51,105 nt of DNA. It comes from an uncultured Gammaproteobacteria bacterium (GTDB lineage: Bacteria; Patescibacteriota; Microgenomatia; Levybacterales; UBA12049). A program made the position numbers and the translations under genes. Positions 46,230 through 51,105 of this stretch are shown piece by piece (position 1 is the stretch's first letter; each line of letters opens with the position of its first letter). The notes beneath the pieces were generated by a model. The model saw nothing but the letters and a program-made list of their open reading frames with translations. It did no database searches and was not told the origin of the DNA. Location of the stretch: assembly GCA_964549385.1 (NCBI GenBank), contig CAZJVI010000002.1, forward strand, positions 1 to 51,105. The letters run 5' to 3'.

Positions 46230-47615
46230 TTCTCGCAAACTCTTATATTTCTTTGCCGTAATGATATTTTTGAAACCCAACTTCTCTGCTTCTTTACTTC
46301 GCTTTTCCAGTCCAGCAACCATACGCAATTCACCCAATAAGCCTACCTCAGCAATCCCAACCGTTTTTGGCAAAGCGATATTTTTGAAACTTGAATACAC
46401 CGCAAGACAAATTCCCAAATCAATTCCTGGATCCGCAATCTTCATTCCACCAGCGACATTGACAAACACATCCATTGTATCCAACGGGAGATGACAATGC
46501 TTTTGCAAAACAGCAAGAAGTAATTCAACTCGTCTTGCATCAATACCGGATACTACTCGACGTGGCATAGGAAGTCGTGTAGTGACCGCCAGTGCTTGTA
46601 ATTCCACCAAAAAGGCTCGTGACCCCTCAAGTGTTGAAACAAGGACACTCCCTGGCACTTGTTCGCCACTTTGCGTCAAGAATAACTGCTCAGGATTGTT
46701 CGCTTCCTGCATCCCATTTTCTTCCATTAAAAAAATTCCCACTTCATCAACAGGACCAAATCGATTTTTTAAACTCCTGAGAATTCTTGTTTTGGCAAAT
46801 TTTTCCCCTTCCAAAAAAAGCACAGTATCTACCATATGAGATAGAACCATCGGACCAGCCACCATTCCTTCCTTTGTCACATGGCCGACAATCACTACAG
46901 GGATATTATATTGCTTTGCCGTTCTGATAAATTGCAATGCGGCATAACGAACTTGACCGACGGATCCTGATAACCCTGATACATTCTGTGATTCCATTGT
47001 CTGAATGGAGTCAATAATTACAAGATCAGGTTTCATCTCTACAATTTGCTCTACTATAGCATCTGCATCTGTTAAGGAAAGGAGATACAAATTCTTTTCC
47101 GAATCAGGAATCATGAATGATGAATCATGGTTTTGTTTTTTCCCTAGTCCCTGATCCCTAGTCCCTGATTCCTGTTGCTGAATCCTATCGGCTCGCATCT
47201 TCACTTGATCTACAGACTCCTCTCCAGAGATATACAGGACTTTTTTTTCAAAAGACAAACTAATCGCCAACTGTAAAAGCAATGTCGACTTTCCAACTCC
47301 CGGATCACCAGCAATCAATGTCGCGGATCCATTTACAATTCCCCCACCAAGAACGTTATTCAATTCTTCATATTTTGTTTGAATTCTCGATGTTTTTTGA
47401 TACGCAATTTCTTGGATTTTTTGCGGTTTACTTTGCACTAAATTATTACTCACAGCATTTTTGGCTCCCTCTGCAACACGTGATATTTTGAACTCTTTCA
47501 TAGAATTCCAACTACCGCATTCGGGACATTTTCCAAGCCATTGAGGACTATCATAGCCGCATTCTTGACAGACAAAATTTATCGTAGGTTTCTTAGCCAT
47601 ACTATTATTATACAC
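46206..47615 (-). CDS. radA: DNA repair protein RadA/Sms
   Basis: Zinc ribbon CQECGYDSPQWLGKCPECGSWNS, Walker A GDPGVGKST, KNRFG motif, and a Lon-like C-terminal domain. Confidence 0.93.
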   Translation of the reverse strand: MYNNSMAKKPTINFVCQECGYDSPQWLGKCPECGSWNSMKEFKISRVAEGAKNAVSNNLVQSKPQKIQEIAYQKTSRIQTKYEELNNVLGGGIVNGSATLIAGDPGVGKSTLLLQLAISLSFEKKVLYISGEESVDQVKMRADRIQQQESGTRDQGLGKKQNHDSSFMIPDSEKNLYLLSLTDADAIVEQIVEMKPDLVIIDSIQTMESQNVSGLSGSVGQVRYAALQFIRTAKQYNIPVVIVGHVTKEGMVAGPMVLSHMVDTVLFLEGEKFAKTRILRSLKNRFGPVDEVGIFLMEENGMQEANNPEQLFLTQSGEQVPGSVLVSTLEGSRAFLVELQALAVTTRLPMPRRVVSGIDARRVELLLAVLQKHCHLPLDTMDVFVNVAGGMKIADPGIDLGICLAVYSSFKNIALPKTVGIAEVGLLGELRMVAGLEKRSKEAEKLGFKNIITAKKYKSLREVLNKIKE

Positions 47616-47647
47616 TCTTAGGCAGAGGAATAAAAAAACTGAACCTT

Positions 47648-47718
47648 TAATTCAGATTAAAGAATGAAGATTAATGATTAAAGATCTTTATTCGTTAATC
47701 ATTATTCATTAATCTTAA
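47648..47718. repeat. Family B heptad-phased palindromic element
   Basis: taattcagattaaagaatgaagattaatgattaaagatctttattcgttaatcattattcattaatctta, between the radA start and the S1-protein stop. Confidence 0.8.
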
Positions 47719-47720
47719 AT

Positions 47721-48812
47721 TTAGCGGTAGCCCATTGGCTTTTCAAGAAGTACCGGACTAACGAGGATACGGTGTTTGCGCTTGTCATGATCAGCAATCG
47801 TGAGATTTACAGCTTGGCCTTCAGAATAACTTGTCCCAGGTGCAATTTTATCTTTCTTCAATACGCCTTCTGCTCCTTCACCAAAAGAGAAAATAACATC
47901 ACCATCAATAATTCCAGTCACCGTGCCCTTTACTTTGGTATCAACTGGATATTTTTCAATTAATGTTTCAAATGGATCCGCAGTCAAACGCTTGATTGAA
48001 AGACTAACTCGACGCGTCTCAGTATCAGTTCTTGTCAAAACAGCCTCGATTTCCTGTCCTGGAGTAAAAAGCTCATTAAGATCAGCTACTTTGTCCCAGG
48101 AGGTTTCGGAAATATGGATAAAACCTTCCAGTTCAGTTGTTTCTTTCTTCTTGGGAAGTGCAACATAAATACCAAAAGGCGTTATTGTCGTAACAGTCAC
48201 CTTAAGCGTTTCCCCTACTTTATATTGCTTGGTCAATGTTTCAAATTCTTCTGCGGAGAGTGACTGTTTTTGAGAGAAAATAACTTTGTTGTCAATACGA
48301 TTTAATTCTAAAACTCTTGCTTTTACTGTCTGTCCACCTGACAAACCATCAGAAGAAAATGCAACATGCGATTGAGGCAAAAATCCTGAGACTCCGAATG
48401 CCGTATCAACGACGTATCCTGCTTTACTTGCATCTTTTATCGTGATTTCAAGCTGTTCTGACTTTTTTTGCAATTCTTCAAGTTTTTCCCATGCCAAATT
48501 CCCAAGATATCGTCGCAGTGAAACAACCGACTGACCATTTTCAGCTTCAGGATTGAGGACATTGACTTCCACCGTATCACCGACTTTGAATAGCTTCATA
48601 ATTGTCTGGACAATACGCTTATCACGCTCAAGAACAATTGCTTCGGTTTTTGTGCCAGCATCAACGACGATTTCATTGGGAGTCAATTTAGTAATCTTTG
48701 CCTTAATACTCTCACCTTTTTTAAGTGTGACAAACTTATTCTGGTGTTTTGCAAGAAGTTGTCCCATGGGACTAGATTGATTTGAATTAGATTTTGAAGT
48801 ATATTTTGCCAT
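47721..48812 (-). CDS. rpsA: S1 RNA-binding domain protein (ribosomal protein S1-like, about 4 S1 repeats)
   Basis: Repeated S1/OB motifs such as GESIKAKITKLTPNEIVVDAG, GDTVEVNVL, GQTVKARVLELN, GETLKVTVTTITPFGIYVAL and VKGTVTGIIDGDVIFSFG. Confidence 0.7.
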   Translation of the reverse strand: MAKYTSKSNSNQSSPMGQLLAKHQNKFVTLKKGESIKAKITKLTPNEIVVDAGTKTEAIVLERDKRIVQTIMKLFKVGDTVEVNVLNPEAENGQSVVSLRRYLGNLAWEKLEELQKKSEQLEITIKDASKAGYVVDTAFGVSGFLPQSHVAFSSDGLSGGQTVKARVLELNRIDNKVIFSQKQSLSAEEFETLTKQYKVGETLKVTVTTITPFGIYVALPKKKETTELEGFIHISETSWDKVADLNELFTPGQEIEAVLTRTDTETRRVSLSIKRLTADPFETLIEKYPVDTKVKGTVTGIIDGDVIFSFGEGAEGVLKKDKIAPGTSYSEGQAVNLTIADHDKRKHRILVSPVLLEKPMGYR

Positions 48813-48980
48813 TCATCATGCTACCTTTCAAAAAAGATATGGTAAGTATATCACTATAGCAAGTGATGCGCAATTCTCAATTTTGAATTTACGTATTATA
48901 ACCAAAAAACTGCTCTTATTTATCCTATGAAGTTTAAGAGAAAGAGAACTAGCCGTTCTTTAAATACGAAAAAGATAACT

Positions 48981-49478
48981 TTAAAACGTCACAATGTTTC
49001 TCATATCTGGATTATACTTTGTGACTATTTCTATAGTGCGTAATCTGCTTAAATTATCAATATCAAGAGATTCCCTCAAATGAGGATATCTATCAAGAAA
49101 ATCCCAACCGACTTCTCTATCAAACAAGTCAGCCCTTTGAAGTGAACCAAACCTACTGAGTCTTACGCTACTAAATAACCTCTCTCTTTGAGCATCGCTA
49201 GATAATAATCCTAAGCGTAAATAGTTAGGTTCATATTGCCCTTTAATTGTCACAGGAACTCCTTCTGTAAGTGTAACTGCACCTAGCGGAATATCTTCTT
49301 CAATGAGCGTGTTTCTGCCTTTTTCCAACGGACCCGCAATAATTGCATGACACAGTCCAGTCACACCTGGAAGTAAACCCAAACCATCTGGAGAATCAAA
49401 AGCAGAGATAGTTTCCCTTCCTGAAAAATCGATTACTGTAAGGCTGTCATCTATACGTCGAGACCTTCTTTCTGTCAT
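48981..49478 (-). CDS. Hypothetical protein
   Basis: ORF only and no recognised motif. Confidence 0.4.
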   Translation of the reverse strand: MTERRSRRIDDSLTVIDFSGRETISAFDSPDGLGLLPGVTGLCHAIIAGPLEKGRNTLIEEDIPLGAVTLTEGVPVTIKGQYEPNYLRLGLLSSDAQRERLFSSVRLSRFGSLQRADLFDREVGWDFLDRYPHLRESLDIDNLSRLRTIEIVTKYNPDMRNIVTF

Positions 49479-49505
49479 AATATTTAATAACTCTATATCT
49501 ATTAC

Positions 49506-49535
49506 AAAAAAAGCTCCCTTACTGGAGCTTTTTTT
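49506..49535 (-). terminator. Bidirectional intrinsic terminator downstream of the 5S rRNA
   Basis: aaaaaaa gctcc cttact ggagc ttttttt: a 5-bp GC stem flanked by an A-run and a T-run. Confidence 0.65.
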
Positions 49536-49562
49536 GATTTATTCTCATTACTAACAAAAATA

Positions 49563-49675
49563 TCCTGGCGATGACCTATTTTCCCACTAAAAAGCAGTAT
49601 CGTGAGCGCTGTTACGTTTCACTTCTCTGTTCGGAATGGGAAGAGGTGGTGCCATAACGCTTCAATCACCAGAAA
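49563..49675 (-). rRNA. rrf: 5S ribosomal RNA
   Basis: The minus-strand reading contains cccattccgaacagagaagtgaaacg, matching the conserved 5S loop. Helix I pairs ctggtgat with atcgccag. Ends are approximate to within a few nt. Confidence 0.85.
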
Positions 49676-49705
49676 GTTTTTGTTAGTAATGTTAATGAGC
49701 AAGAA

Positions 49706-49773
49706 CTAGGTAATTAGGTGTCAGGTGCTAGGTTCTAGAAAATATTTTTTCTAATACCTAGTCCCTATAACCT
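49706..49773. repeat. Family A heptad-phased palindromic element in the 23S-5S spacer
   Basis: ctaggtaattaggtgtcaggtgctaggttctagaaaatattttttctaatacctagtccctataacctag, followed by the perfect hairpin tagcgagc-ata-gctcgcta. Confidence 0.8.
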
Positions 49774-49819
49774 AGCGAGCATAGCTCGCTAAAAAGTGAA
49801 GAGATAGTCTTTAAAAATT

Positions 49820-51105
<1,286 letters not shown>

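Overview
AT-rich 51 kb bacterial chromosomal window, standard genetic code. Gene content and style suggest a small-genome uncultivated lineage of the CPR/Patescibacteria type; that placement is inference only. In order, the window contains: (1) an F1Fo ATP synthase operon, b-delta-alpha-gamma-beta-epsilon, with atpD broken by an apparent +1 frameshift; (2) ndk, an M16 peptidase, a CBM/dockerin surface protein and argS; (3) a response regulator, small ORF and histidine kinase; (4) an ornithine-cyclodeaminase-like gene flanked by direct repeats, then TrmB and an EamA transporter; (5) comEC and comEA; (6) a 1071-aa leuS carrying a nested serine-hydrolase domain; (7) a cell-surface locus with WxL-like and DUF916-like proteins, a 1.4 kb ORF-free AT-rich gap, a 1459-aa membrane-anchored giant protein and an O-antigen-ligase/TPR protein; (8) a zinc-ribbon protein, a LytR_C-like protein and an HTH/PIN-like pair; (9) a tRNA remnant, two tRNA-Ala genes and a free-standing LAGLIDADG-like gene; (10) LysM-M23 peptidase, rho, a pilin-like protein, a GT2 glycosyltransferase and a 503-aa orphan; (11) a yacL-like gene, radA and an S1-domain protein; (12) a 5S rRNA and the 3' part of a 23S rRNA carrying a 308-nt ORF-less group-I-like insertion after the equivalent of E. 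coli U2500. The most unusual signal is a pervasive set of roughly 60-95 nt palindromic elements built from tandem 7-nt units. Family A (TAGGTNN/NNACCTA) fills every intercistronic gap of the atp operon. Family B (GATTAAN/NTTAATC) flanks several genes. Related (GGGAAYR)n elements sit in frame inside argS, leuS, radA and possibly comEC. Everything here comes from reading the sequence and motif recognition. RNA ends, domain calls and enrichment statements are approximate and were not computed.
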